Of a stretch of 52,384 nucleotides of DNA, positions 27,392 to 37,480 are shown piece after piece. Numbering within the stretch: the stretch's first letter is position 1; each line of letters opens with the position of its first letter. The notes under the pieces were generated by a model. It was given only the letters and a program-made list of their open reading frames with translations. It ran no database searches and had not been told where the DNA came from. The translations under genes were made by a program, and so were the position numbers. This stretch comes from a virus (lineage: Duplodnaviria > Caudoviricetes): positions 1 to 52,384 of IMG/VR virus record IMGVR_UViG_3300043410_000251, one strand, 5' to 3'.

Positions 27392-28060
27392 TCATGTTGG
27401 TAACGCTGACACAAATGTTGCGGTCAGAATTACAGATGGAATTGCGGGTACATCATTTGGCGCAGTACCAAAGCCGGCTTCGTATTTAAGTTGGACGTTT
27501 GTATCGTCTGTCATCCAATAAAGCTCAAAATAATCACCAGCATTCATAGGTAAAACAAAATTCCAAGCAGGGACAGATTCCGCCGTTGTACCTTGAATAG
27601 ATACTTTACTTGCCGAAGCTGAGATATTTGCACCATTAACTTTTGGCCAAATCCAAATAGAAGCTGTAGCACCAGAAGCTTTATCCAATTGCGCAGAAAA
27701 TTCAAAGTTGTAATATCCAGCAGTGTTGGTCACGACACGAGAAGTTGGAGTGCCTAAAGCTACACCACTTGAATAATCTGTGGCATTGAACGTGATTGCT
27801 TTTGCTGTGTTGGTAGCTACTTGGGTTTGTGTCGTAGCATCGTGGAATGCGCCATATGGGAAAGTAAGACCAGAGCCATCAGCGGATGGAGTTCCCGATG
27901 CATTTAGGCGGGCAATAAAGTCATCAATACGATTAAAGTACAAACGCAAGACGTTACTGTACTGATCTTGGAAACGCTGATCCCACATCTGCGGCGCAAG
28001 GGGTAAGCTTGGGGCCGCTAACTTATCGATCTGGTAATCAGTGGTAACAATATATGTCAT
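27392..28060 (-). CDS. tail-associated protein with C1q/TNF-like beta domain
   Basis: LRLYFNRID coil, then YGAFHD..AITFN..GYYNFEFSAQL..GDYFELYW. Confidence 0.55.
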   Translation of the reverse strand: MTYIVTTDYQIDKLAAPSLPLAPQMWDQRFQDQYSNVLRLYFNRIDDFIARLNASGTPSADGSGLTFPYGAFHDATTQTQVATNTAKAITFNATDYSSGVALGTPTSRVVTNTAGYYNFEFSAQLDKASGATASIWIWPKVNGANISASASKVSIQGTTAESVPAWNFVLPMNAGDYFELYWMTDDTNVQLKYEAGFGTAPNDVPAIPSVILTATFVSALPT

Positions 28061-29961
28061 CGTCTACCATCCGGTCTAATATCAATACGAGGCGCACCAA
28101 GCTGCCAAGCAGTATTAACTTGGTTTGAGCCAATCTTAAATATCATCTGGCGACCACGCATACGGGTAAATATCTGACCCGTAAATTCTTCTGTGATCAC
28201 GTAAGTATTACTTTTTGCTACCGGTTTAGAAACGTCACTTGTTACGCCCGAGCCAGAGTTGGCCAAGCCATATAGTGTCATCGTCACCGTGGCAGCATCA
28301 CCATTGGGGGCCGCCTCTGCATTTTCAAATGTCAAGTCAGGCAGAACACGCCAGACAAAACCAAAGTTATGACCGTCACCAATATCAAACTCAGATGAAC
28401 TAATGTAAGCATCGATTGGGAGAGCCGTACCGTCAGTATTGTCGTTCAAGCCAGTCTCTTGATTAATCAAGTTACCCGTAACCGTACTGCTGTTGTACTT
28501 AGCGGCAATAGGATAGGACAACAAACCAGAATCAAGCCAAGCCGTGCGCTCCATCGTGCCGTAATACCAGACTCTTTCTGCATAGTTGTAGATAACGTAC
28601 TTGTCTATGGTTGTAGAGTTGGCTGAACAATAGAACCACCAAACTTCATTAAATCCTTCATTTGTACCGCAAAAAACCTGCAGTGATTGCTCTTGATTTA
28701 AGTCTTGGAATACGTAGCGACGTAAGTCACAATTTAATGTTTGCACGCGACCATCGTACATATAGAACTTATCCACACCCATCCAGTACACAACACCAGA
28801 CGCAATCACAACTGAGTTAGGACTCATCACCGAAATATTGTCACCCAGAAGTTGCGAGCCCCATACATAGGGCGGTCCTAAGTACTGAAGCGAATACACA
28901 CTGGAGTCAGTTAAAACCACGATCTCTTGACGAGTCTGGACGTAAGTAATAATTTCTGAGCCGTGAGATAGACGTAAACTACCGGCCTGGTTGGTGACAG
29001 ACGGAATCCAAGTAAATGGGTCTTCTTGGTCTGACCAACGAATAAACATTGGGTCAAGCGTATTTGGGGATGCAGAGTTAGGATCGTTTGTACCAAAAAC
29101 AATTAAGAACCTAGACGCATCTGAAACAATAAAGGAGTTCTGCACTACTGGAGTTTCGGCATCACCCAAAGAAGTTAGTGCAACTCCACGGGTAGTCACA
29201 CCTCCGGTGGCATCCCAGTAATATATAGGTCCGCCACGAGGTCCATAGATTAAGTTTTGGCCAAAGTTAATTTGGTTCCACAAACGAAGCGATGAAGTAG
29301 AAGTCCCGCCAAAACCCCATGTCGTGCCTGTTTGACCCCAAGCACCCGCGCCCCATCCCGTCAATGGAACAGGAATTGCGGGTCCAACATTAACTTGGTA
29401 AGCGGCAACAACAGAAGCGCCACCACCTGGAGATCCAGAGGCATCCGTTGCATTGGCTGTAGCAGAAGCTACAAAAGTATATGTGTTGGCAGTGAGTACA
29501 GTAACTTGGTACTCGGCATTTAGCACCGTGGCAGTGATATTTCCACCAAGACCTGTAGCACCGCTAAAAGTTACGAAGTCGCCAGTTACGCAGCCATGGT
29601 TTGTGTCGGTTACCGTAATAACGGCTGAGCCATTTATTGCTACAAAAGGATTGTTATTAATCGTGGGCGCTGGAACTACTCTTAACGGGGTAACGTCATA
29701 AAAAAGACTGCCCTGTTCAATATAAAACTTAAGATTTGTGCCGACACCAATTACGTTTGTGCCGTCTAATAAAGCCCAGTTCCATAAAGAGCGACAAACA
29801 CCCTGGTATGTAGCTGTTGAAAATGGCTCCCAGCCACCAATTACTTCTGGGTTGCCTTGACGGAAACGTATTTTGTTGCACTCGTACCAACCACCCTCGG
29901 TTGTATAACGAGTGTTCTCCCGGTTGACGCCCGGCTTGAACAGAATTTTTTGTAATGGCAT
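28057..29961 (-). CDS. tail tubular protein B / P22 gp10-like stabilisation protein
   Basis: Start MPLQKILFKPGV at 29961; beta-propeller-like IRWSDQED, FNEVWWFY and YNY.E..WY.G...RTAW motifs. Confidence 0.75.
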   Translation of the reverse strand: MPLQKILFKPGVNRENTRYTTEGGWYECNKIRFRQGNPEVIGGWEPFSTATYQGVCRSLWNWALLDGTNVIGVGTNLKFYIEQGSLFYDVTPLRVVPAPTINNNPFVAINGSAVITVTDTNHGCVTGDFVTFSGATGLGGNITATVLNAEYQVTVLTANTYTFVASATANATDASGSPGGGASVVAAYQVNVGPAIPVPLTGWGAGAWGQTGTTWGFGGTSTSSLRLWNQINFGQNLIYGPRGGPIYYWDATGGVTTRGVALTSLGDAETPVVQNSFIVSDASRFLIVFGTNDPNSASPNTLDPMFIRWSDQEDPFTWIPSVTNQAGSLRLSHGSEIITYVQTRQEIVVLTDSSVYSLQYLGPPYVWGSQLLGDNISVMSPNSVVIASGVVYWMGVDKFYMYDGRVQTLNCDLRRYVFQDLNQEQSLQVFCGTNEGFNEVWWFYCSANSTTIDKYVIYNYAERVWYYGTMERTAWLDSGLLSYPIAAKYNSSTVTGNLINQETGLNDNTDGTALPIDAYISSSEFDIGDGHNFGFVWRVLPDLTFENAEAAPNGDAATVTMTLYGLANSGSGVTSDVSKPVAKSNTYVITEEFTGQIFTRMRGRQMIFKIGSNQVNTAWQLGAPRIDIRPDGRR

Positions 29962-29969
29962 CGGCAGTC

Positions 29970-30446
29970 CTAGGATAGAAACAAGGCACGCTCGTCGATG
30001 CGACGCTTTTGCAGCCCTTTGAGTATTTTGCCACCAGCCATGCAATACTTCAAGAGTTCTTCGGCAGCGCCTTCTTTATCACCGCGAAGCAGCTTTTGGC
30101 GAAGCGTCGAACGCTGGAGTGTTCCCAAACCGACGTTAAAACTAAAAGACACAAGACCGTCAAACATCCCTTGTGTAAGAGGAACAGGACAGAATCGCTC
30201 CACTCCACGTTCAAACCTGTCAAGATCGCTCCTGAGAATCCCATCAACTTCCTCCATTGAATATTTACGCATGGCCTCTGCGGGTGGCACAAAAGCATCA
30301 CGTTGATCTATTTTAAGTTTGCCCTGCTCCGGAAACATTACGTGCCCAACACCTACCGTCCACAACTTTGCAGGGCATTTATACGGATTCTGTCGCACCC
30401 CTTCATGGTGCTGAATCATCTTGATGGCCTTGGGGCTGACGTTCAT
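29970..30446 (-). CDS. endolysin, GH24 phage lysozyme
   Basis: HEGVRQNPYKCPAKLWTVGVGH, FDGLVSFSFNVG, GLQKRRIDERALF. Confidence 0.93.
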   Translation of the reverse strand: MNVSPKAIKMIQHHEGVRQNPYKCPAKLWTVGVGHVMFPEQGKLKIDQRDAFVPPAEAMRKYSMEEVDGILRSDLDRFERGVERFCPVPLTQGMFDGLVSFSFNVGLGTLQRSTLRQKLLRGDKEGAAEELLKYCMAGGKILKGLQKRRIDERALFLS

Positions 30447-30958
30447 TTGCCGAAAGCTCTGCCGCCAAAGTGGAAAGCAATGATGCTGGCAAACAAAGCC
30501 TGGGTGTCAGAATCCCACAGCATATTGAGCATGTCGTCAAAAGGAACGCTCATATAGTATCCATACCAGAAGCCAGCAATATCCACAAACATCAGCAAGA
30601 AGAAGAAGCCATAAGTAATAACAGGCCGTACACTTGCCCGGAGGTTCTTCATCCATTGTGATGTCCCTTCATTCAAACTCATGTCGTGGGCGTAGATGGC
30701 TTGCATCTCAGCCTGCTGCGCACCAATCAGGACTTGCTGTGTATTGGCCGCGCTTTCGGTGGCCAGCTGTTCTGACTTGATATGCTCCACACGCTCTTGG
30801 GCTTCAAAGCCAAGCTTGCGCATCTCCAACTCACGTTGAATCTGCATCTGGGCCAGCGCCAACTCATGTTTCTTGTCTTGCTGACCTTGGAAGAATTCCA
30901 GGATCTTGGGCAGGCCGCCCATCAGAAACGAGATCAAGGTTGAGAGCAATGTCAGCAT
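30443..30958 (-). CDS. putative holin (3TM gene-transfer-type)
   Basis: WMKNLRASVRPVITY, transmembrane segments, FHFGGR; directly upstream of the lysozyme. Confidence 0.7.
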   Translation of the reverse strand: MLTLLSTLISFLMGGLPKILEFFQGQQDKKHELALAQMQIQRELEMRKLGFEAQERVEHIKSEQLATESAANTQQVLIGAQQAEMQAIYAHDMSLNEGTSQWMKNLRASVRPVITYGFFFLLMFVDIAGFWYGYYMSVPFDDMLNMLWDSDTQALFASIIAFHFGGRAFGK

Positions 30959-30971
30959 AAAGTTCCTTTAA

Positions 30972-31496
30972 TTACCATTGAACGGGTTCGCACATGATTT
31001 CCATATTAATGGCAATCCTAAAATCGTCTGTATTACTTTGGTGTGGTTGGTGTTTTAAATGGTTTGGGAAAATTACCAAGTCACCAGCTCTTGGCTTAAA
31101 ACAAAATACTTCGTTATTTGCCTCGTCATAGAAACTAATACCGCCTTCTTTGTATGACTTTGTTTTAGGAACCTGGAGGTAGTAAACCGCGTTGATGATG
31201 CTGGTCCGCATATGGTCATGGATGCCACCACGGTAAAAGTCCTTGTTTGTAAGGTACGCCCAGCACGTGCGCTTGTTGTTTTCTAAAAGCTTTAAGCCGT
31301 CAAACAGATCTTCCGATATCTCAAGCAGCTTGCGGTACAACTCATCAAATGATTCCCTGTTTGAAGTTAATGGGAAACTGTTACCTCTTGTATATACATA
31401 TTTAGCATGCTCATAGATGACGCCTTGCGCCATAGAGTTCTTATTGGAGTGCTCGCCAATGTTGAATATATACAGCGGTAACTTATTCATTTGCAC
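30972..31496 (-). CDS. 2OG-Fe(II) oxygenase (TIGR02466-like)
   Basis: IHDH, NAVYYLQVP, PRAGDLVIFPNHLKH, RIAINM. Confidence 0.8.
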   Translation of the reverse strand: MQMNKLPLYIFNIGEHSNKNSMAQGVIYEHAKYVYTRGNSFPLTSNRESFDELYRKLLEISEDLFDGLKLLENNKRTCWAYLTNKDFYRGGIHDHMRTSIINAVYYLQVPKTKSYKEGGISFYDEANNEVFCFKPRAGDLVIFPNHLKHQPHQSNTDDFRIAINMEIMCEPVQW

Positions 31497-31768
31497 CCAT
31501 TTTCTTTTTTAGTTTCTTCATTCTGCATGAGTTTGATACCAGACAGGAACCCAATCATGCCGCCGATTAGAGTAGAAAAAGCGGGTGAAATCATCTTGAA
31601 AATTTCGGCGTTGTCCACTTCCTTGGCCCATAGTCCCAACATAAAGGCGATTACCATAGCCAATACGGAGATACACAGGGTCGCGCTGACCATTAAGGTC
31701 ACCCACAGCGTCAGCTTTTCTTTCACTTCTATCTGCGGCTTTCGTGGTTGGCGTATCGGTTTGTTCAT
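31487..31768 (-). CDS. two-transmembrane membrane protein
   Basis: Two hydrophobic helices; PAFSTLIGGMIGFLSGIKL. Confidence 0.65.
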   Translation of the reverse strand: MNKPIRQPRKPQIEVKEKLTLWVTLMVSATLCISVLAMVIAFMLGLWAKEVDNAEIFKMISPAFSTLIGGMIGFLSGIKLMQNEETKKENGCK

Positions 31769-32004
31769 ACGTATTTGTCAAAGCGTCTTGTGTTGTTAAA
31801 TATTTCTAACTCAATCGTGTGCTGGTGTGCGCGTTTGTTGTACAGCTCAACTTCAAGGGCGTCAACTGCTTTGTTTACCTTTTCGTACTCAACCGCCAAC
31901 CTGTATTCATACTCCAACCGCTCGGCTCGCTTTTCAGCGGCTATGGCCTTTACATCGTAGGGCGTGGGGAACACAAACGGATACCATTTGCGAAGCTGGA
32001 TCAT
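31765..32004 (-). CDS. hypothetical coiled-coil protein
   Basis: ATGA-coupled on both sides. Confidence 0.55.
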   Translation of the reverse strand: MIQLRKWYPFVFPTPYDVKAIAAEKRAERLEYEYRLAVEYEKVNKAVDALEVELYNKRAHQHTIELEIFNNTRRFDKYV

Positions 32005-32285
32005 TTCTTTTCACGTTCAGCCGCCCTCGCATAAAAATGCAAAACCTTTGCCCTAATCTCTGCCGAATCCGCCGTCCCAGCCCACATCGCCAAGTTGTTC
32101 CAGATCACCAGCAACTGCTCAGTACCGCAACTATTTCCATTCGTAGTCAGCCACATGGACAACTGCGAGTGCCGTACTCCCGGATCGCCAATCCAACTCA
32201 GTCCATAGAAGTCAGTAACAATACATCGTTCATTCGCGGTGGCCCCTGCCAGACACAGCAACAGTGGCAGCAAGAGCCAACGCAT
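32001..32285 (-). CDS. putative secreted protein with signal peptide
   Basis: MRWLLLPLLLCLAGATA signal-like N-terminus; two Cys in the mature part. Confidence 0.6.
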   Translation of the reverse strand: MRWLLLPLLLCLAGATANERCIVTDFYGLSWIGDPGVRHSQLSMWLTTNGNSCGTEQLLVIWNNLAMWAGTADSAEIRAKVLHFYARAAEREKK

Positions 32286-32291
32286 ACATAG

Positions 32292-33161
32292 CTAGAACGT
32301 GATCGAGCCTGAACTCGTCCACTGGTAAATATTAAATCCGCCGCTTGTTGTTACTGTTGGCGAACCTGTTGTGGACGCAGCTAGTTTGTATGAGGATGGA
32401 TAACGAATGATAACGATACCTGAACCGCCAGCGCCAGAAGTTTGATTTACACAACCTCCACCACCACCTCCGGTATTTGCAGTTCCAGAAGTTCCATTAC
32501 CAGAATATGAAGCTGCACCGCCGCCACCTACACCGCCAACACCATTCACTTGTGGCGGAGTTCCACTAGACCCACCCCCGCCACCAGCATAGGTAACTAC
32601 AGAACCTGAAATGGAAGACGCAATACCAGCACCGCCATTACCACTTGCATAACCAATTACGGCGTTTAAACCTGCTGTTCCAGCTCCGCCACCGCCACCA
32701 TTTTGTCCAAAACTAGTTGCGTTTTCTCCTGAACCGCCAGAATTGCCTTGGCCAGCAGTTCCTGTGCCTCCAATATAGGCGGTTGACCATGCGCCACCAC
32801 CGCCTGACCCCCCAGCAACTCCGGCAGCACCAGTACTATAAAAACTGCCGCCGCCGCCGCCTCCAAAGGCAGTAACATTATTAAAAACAGAATTGTTTCC
32901 GTTGCTACCAGCAACTGAAGAACTACTGTTATTTCCCGCGCCACCAGCGCCAACAGTTACAGTGATTGACGAGCCTGAAGTTACACCAGAAAATCCTGCA
33001 AGTAAACCACCAGCTCCACCACCTGCTCCATATCTTCCACCTGCTCCACCGCCAGCAACGACCAAGTACTCCACGTTAGGTGGAGCAATACCAGTCCAGT
33101 TCTGATCCTTGACGGCTTGGGACGCTTGACTCAGCGTCCACACTCCAGATAGTTGGGCCAT
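32292..33161 (-). CDS. glycine-rich domain virion/fibre protein (paralogue 4)
   Basis: VEYLVVAGGG..GG...GGSGIVIIRYP...YQWTSSGSITF. Confidence 0.75.
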   Translation of the reverse strand: MAQLSGVWTLSQASQAVKDQNWTGIAPPNVEYLVVAGGGAGGRYGAGGGAGGLLAGFSGVTSGSSITVTVGAGGAGNNSSSSVAGSNGNNSVFNNVTAFGGGGGGSFYSTGAAGVAGGSGGGGAWSTAYIGGTGTAGQGNSGGSGENATSFGQNGGGGGAGTAGLNAVIGYASGNGGAGIASSISGSVVTYAGGGGGSSGTPPQVNGVGGVGGGGAASYSGNGTSGTANTGGGGGGCVNQTSGAGGSGIVIIRYPSSYKLAASTTGSPTVTTSGGFNIYQWTSSGSITF

Positions 33162-33162
33162 A

Positions 33163-33510
33163 TCAGGCTCCTTGAGTTACTTCAACCCATGATGTTGTAG
33201 CTTCGTCCCATGTGTACATCTTGCCGTCTGTAGGCATAGCAACAGGAGACTCCCACAAATATGTGTCAGCGTTTTTAGTCCAGCTTGGGAAAGGCTGTGG
33301 AGCCGCAAAGCCTACGCCGTCCCATGTAAAACCGATACCAGCGTAATTCTTGTGCAGTGGGCGGCCTTCGGGATGTTGACCGCCGTGAGTGTTGTAGCTC
33401 GTTTGAACCCACTCAGAAGGATCGCCCCAGTGACCTGTTGCCAAAGTCTCAGCATCAATGACAATGACCTGATCGACAACGCCGTTAGTGATGTGTGCAA
33501 AATGTGCCAT
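33163..33510 (-). CDS. conserved small protein associated with glycine-rich fibres (chaperone/adaptor?)
   Basis: MAHFAHI..GVVDQVIV, WVQTSYN, NYAGIG, PQPFPSW, YTWDE; GGAG RBS. Confidence 0.65.
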   Translation of the reverse strand: MAHFAHITNGVVDQVIVIDAETLATGHWGDPSEWVQTSYNTHGGQHPEGRPLHKNYAGIGFTWDGVGFAAPQPFPSWTKNADTYLWESPVAMPTDGKMYTWDEATTSWVEVTQGA

Positions 33511-33521
33511 TTGATTCTCCA

Positions 33522-34430
33522 TTAAAAAGTTACTGTCCCAGAGGAAGTCCATGTATAAATTTGATAGCCATCAGCGTAGTTTATCTGAGGGTTGCCTGTT
33601 GTGGAAGTGGGTGGTGCGCAGTTAGCAGGGTAACGAATGATGACAATGCCAGAACCACCTGCGCCACCTGCATAAATGCTTCCGCTACTTCTTTCACCAC
33701 CACCGCCACCACCGCCTGTATTGGCAGTTCCAGAAGCTCCAGATGAAGCGCCGTTACCAGCACCTCCAGCATTTCCGCCGCCGCCTGCGCCACCCAAACC
33801 ATCTCTTACATAGTTTGAAGAACTACCGCCAAAAGCGCCTCCTCCACCACCAGCATAAAACTTTCGTGATCCATCTATGGTTGAACAAATTCCTGTACCA
33901 CCATCACCACCTGCGGCTCCCGATACTGATGCATCCAAGCCTACAGAACCAGCTCCGCCACCACCACCTGCGGAATTTTCACTTGATGAAGAGCCAGCTC
34001 CACCTGCATATCCTTGTCCAGATGTGGGATCGCCACCTGCGCCACCAACTTTAGCGCCTCCGCCACCAGACCCGCCATTACCGCCTTTGTTGGTTGATCC
34101 TGATGAGGCCGCATAAGTAGAGTTTCCATAGCCACCACCGTAACTAGTAATGGATGAAAAAACAGAATTAGAACCAACTGAGCCGTTAGCATTACTACCG
34201 CCAGCACCTCCAGCACCCACAGTAATAGTTAAAGCAGTACCAGCGGCTACAGCAAACCCAGCGGCTTGCAACAAACCACCCGCACCACCTCCACCACCAC
34301 CTACCGAAGCTGATTGGCCTCCCGCGCCACCGCCACCGCCAGCAACCACCAAGTATTCAACATTAGATGTGATACCGCTGGTCAGCGGGTTAAAAGTCGC
34401 CGATACGTAACCGCCTAAGTAACTGCTCAT
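33522..34430 (-). CDS. glycine-rich domain virion/fibre protein (paralogue 3)
   Basis: Same module as its neighbours. Confidence 0.75.
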   Translation of the reverse strand: MSSYLGGYVSATFNPLTSGITSNVEYLVVAGGGGGAGGQSASVGGGGGGAGGLLQAAGFAVAAGTALTITVGAGGAGGSNANGSVGSNSVFSSITSYGGGYGNSTYAASSGSTNKGGNGGSGGGGAKVGGAGGDPTSGQGYAGGAGSSSSENSAGGGGGAGSVGLDASVSGAAGGDGGTGICSTIDGSRKFYAGGGGGAFGGSSSNYVRDGLGGAGGGGNAGGAGNGASSGASGTANTGGGGGGGERSSGSIYAGGAGGSGIVIIRYPANCAPPTSTTGNPQINYADGYQIYTWTSSGTVTF

Positions 34431-34439
34431 TTCTATTCC

Positions 34440-36167
34440 TTAGAAGGTGATTGAACCACTGGCGGTGAATGTGTAAATCGTTCTGCCAGCATTTGTTGTA
34501 ACTGTTGGTGAACCCGTAGTAGAGGCCGCAGCTTGAGGCGCAGAAATAATCACTACACCAGAGCCGCCGTTACCGCCAAGACCTTGATTTCCTGTACCGC
34601 CACCGCCACCGCCACCGGTGTTAGCCGTACCAGCCGTACCGTTTTCAGGAGAGTTTGATCCGGGGCTTGATGAGTTGTAGCTAGAACCACCACGACCACC
34701 ACCACCAGAACCACCAGCAGCCCCAGGGTAAATAGCGAGGCCACTACCAGCACCACCATTCCAGTAGTTACCGCCACCGCCACCACCAGCATAAGTCACA
34801 GAAGAACCAGTAATAGAAGATGCAGTTCCATTGCCACCAGTACCTAATACAGAACCAGTTGCATTTGCACCAACTGCACCTGCACCACCGCCACCACCGC
34901 CTACGCCAGCACTATTACCACCACCGCCAGCATTACCTTGACCAGAAGTTCCTGCAAAACCATTGCTTGAACCACTACCCATACCACCACCACCAGAACC
35001 ACCAGTAGAGCCGCCCCCTGCCGCAGCACTTCCGCCAATACCACCGCCTGTAGCTGTGAAAGAACCAAAGACTGAATTGGAACCACTTGTACCGATAGTT
35101 GATTCGGTTGCGCCGCGCGTACCACCACCGCCCACAGTCACTGTGATGGCTGAACCTGTTGCGTAGTAGCTAGTACCAGTCAATAAACCACCAGCACCGC
35201 CACCGCCACCTACACCACCTGCACCAGCAGCACCGCCAGCAGCAACAAGGTAATCTACAGACAACAAAGGAGTTGCTGTTGTAGGAGCCAAAGTACCAGA
35301 AGATGTAAACGTGTGAATAACATAACCGTTGGCGTAGCTTAATGTGCCGCCAGTGAAGAACTGAACTGTGCCGGGGTAACGAACGATAACAATGCCTGAA
35401 CCGCCGTTTGAGCCTGTAGCGGCATTTCCACCGCCACCTCCACCGCCTGTGTTAGTTGTCCCCGCAGTACCAGAACTACCTGAAGTAGTACCCGCATCTC
35501 CACCGCCACCAACACCGCCTTTCCCTGTATTTGCGTCTGTTCCACCACTAGCCCTACCACCACCACCGCCACCTGCGTAAGTAGTTACAGTTCCAGAAAT
35601 TGATGACGCAATGCCTGCACCACCATTACCTGCATATCCATCAGGTTTAGCATTTAAGCCAACTGTACCAGCACCGCCTCCACCTCCGTGGTAATGAGGT
35701 GCGCCATCAGTTCCAATTACAGAACCACCCGCATTGCCTTGACCTGCTGTTCCTTGTGCGCCAGCAACATACGATGAATACGTATATTGACCTGCTGAAC
35801 CGCCACCAGAACCGCCTGTTCCACCTAAAGCAACAGCATTTTGGCTAGATGAATACCAAGTACCGCCCTTACCACCACCTGTAGCGGAAATACTACCAAA
35901 TACAGAACTTGAACCGCTTGTAGCTGGTGATGTTGATTCGTTTGGGCCGCCTGTTCCGCCACCACCAACTGTTACGGTATAAGAAGTTCCTGTGGCAACA
36001 GTTACGATACCAGTAAGCAAACCACCGCCAGCTCCACCAGCTCCACCAGCTCCTCCGCCACCTGCTACAACAAGGTACTCAACCCATTTAGGCGCAATAT
36101 AGCCTGACCATGCACCCTGATTGATTGCTTGGTTAACTTGCTTCAGTGTGAATAGACCTTGTGCCAT
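34440..36167 (-). CDS. glycine-rich domain virion/fibre protein with two tandem modules (paralogue 2)
   Basis: VEYLVVAGGG...HTFTSSG followed by VDYLVAAGG...YTFTASGSITF. Confidence 0.75.
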   Translation of the reverse strand: MAQGLFTLKQVNQAINQGAWSGYIAPKWVEYLVVAGGGGAGGAGGAGGGLLTGIVTVATGTSYTVTVGGGGTGGPNESTSPATSGSSSVFGSISATGGGKGGTWYSSSQNAVALGGTGGSGGGSAGQYTYSSYVAGAQGTAGQGNAGGSVIGTDGAPHYHGGGGGAGTVGLNAKPDGYAGNGGAGIASSISGTVTTYAGGGGGGRASGGTDANTGKGGVGGGGDAGTTSGSSGTAGTTNTGGGGGGGNAATGSNGGSGIVIVRYPGTVQFFTGGTLSYANGYVIHTFTSSGTLAPTTATPLLSVDYLVAAGGAAGAGGVGGGGGAGGLLTGTSYYATGSAITVTVGGGGTRGATESTIGTSGSNSVFGSFTATGGGIGGSAAAGGGSTGGSGGGGMGSGSSNGFAGTSGQGNAGGGGNSAGVGGGGGGAGAVGANATGSVLGTGGNGTASSITGSSVTYAGGGGGGNYWNGGAGSGLAIYPGAAGGSGGGGRGGSSYNSSSPGSNSPENGTAGTANTGGGGGGGTGNQGLGGNGGSGVVIISAPQAAASTTGSPTVTTNAGRTIYTFTASGSITF

Positions 36168-36173
36168 AAAACC

Positions 36174-37049
36174 TCAGAATGTGATTGTGCCGGATGCAAC
36201 AAACTTATACACGCGCCATCCGCCTGTAATGTAAGTTTCTGGTGATCCAGTTGTTGACGCAGCTTGGGCCAAGTATGAGGGGTAACGAATGACAACAATA
36301 CCAGAGCCACCATTAGCACCCGCAGCGTCCAAGCCACCATTAGCATAATAATCAGTACAAGAACCGCCACCGCCACCGCCTGTATTAGCTTGTCCAGCAA
36401 ATCCGGGGCCAACTACAGAAGTTCCGCCGTTACCGCCACCGCCAGCCCCACCTAAACCGGGATAAGAGCCTGACAAATTTCTGTAAAATGAAGCGCCGCC
36501 GCCACCAGCGTAAAAAACCGCGCTACCGGTGATAGATGAGGCTAAACCCGTTCCACCACAAGCGCCGTATACTGCACCGGGGATACTAATACCAGCAGAA
36601 CCTGCGCCGCCCCCGCCGCCTCCAGAATAACCTACAGTAGTGGTGCCACCATTGTTACCTTGGCCAACCGTTCCAGTACCCGGTGAATAACCGTATCTTG
36701 CCCCACCACCGCTACCGCCACTGCCACCGCAAACACCACCACCCAAAGCAGTTATGGTTGTACTACCTGCAAGGACAGAATTCGCGCCAGCGCTACCTAC
36801 GGCAGTGCCGCTTGCACTACCAGCGCCGCCAGCACCGACTGTAACTGTAATAGAAGAGCCCGCGGTAACGGCAAAACCTGTTGCAGTTAAAAGACCACCA
36901 GCACCTCCACCGCCACCGGAATTACTGTTTGGTTGGCCGCCTTGACCGGGGCCACCACCAGCCACGACAAGGTATTCCACCGTTGTTGGAGCAGTGTTAA
37001 TGCCGTTAAAGGCGTTAGATACGTAGCCGCCTGTATATCGTTGAGACAT
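36174..37049 (-). CDS. glycine-rich domain virion/fibre protein (paralogue 1)
   Basis: Same module; ends YKFVASGTITF. Confidence 0.75.
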   Translation of the reverse strand: MSQRYTGGYVSNAFNGINTAPTTVEYLVVAGGGPGQGGQPNSNSGGGGGAGGLLTATGFAVTAGSSITVTVGAGGAGSASGTAVGSAGANSVLAGSTTITALGGGVCGGSGGSGGGARYGYSPGTGTVGQGNNGGTTTVGYSGGGGGGAGSAGISIPGAVYGACGGTGLASSITGSAVFYAGGGGASFYRNLSGSYPGLGGAGGGGNGGTSVVGPGFAGQANTGGGGGGSCTDYYANGGLDAAGANGGSGIVVIRYPSYLAQAASTTGSPETYITGGWRVYKFVASGTITF

Positions 37050-37061
37050 GAAAGTCTCCTA

Positions 37062-37466
37062 TCAGGTGATTGCTTCGAAGCTAGCTGTGTAAGTCAAGGC
37101 AGAGCCTGTGCCTGATGTCACGCCAACAGACTGGTTCTCCGTCACATAGAACGAAGTGGTCTTGTCAGTCACGATCAATGAGGCGTTAGGCGGGACGCTA
37201 ATCTGGTAAGCCAGATACGCAATCACAGTACCGCTACCAAACGTTGCGTTGTTGGCAATAGCCACAGTCGCAGTTGCAGCAGACGATGTGGTGTTTGACA
37301 CCACAATCGAGTCAATCTTGTTTACAGTACCTGATGCTGGCGTCAGGCCAGTCAAAGAGGTTGTGCCATTATGCGTCCATGACGTTGTAGCACCTGTGGT
37401 TGAGGGGATCACATAAGCCGTGTTACCGTAAATACTGGTGACGGCTACGATGTTTGGATTTGCCAT
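37062..37466 (-). CDS. virion structural protein
   Basis: MANPNIVAVTSIYG...ISVPPNASLIV; AAGGAG RBS. Confidence 0.65.
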   Translation of the reverse strand: MANPNIVAVTSIYGNTAYVIPSTTGATTSWTHNGTTSLTGLTPASGTVNKIDSIVVSNTTSSAATATVAIANNATFGSGTVIAYLAYQISVPPNASLIVTDKTTSFYVTENQSVGVTSGTGSALTYTASFEAIT

Positions 37467-37480
37467 GTTAGCTCCTTAAA

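Noticed and set aside
32292-37049. Diversity-generating retroelement acting on the fibre paralogues
   Set aside because: No reverse transcriptase seen, and no near-identical template/variable repeat pair differing only at adenines
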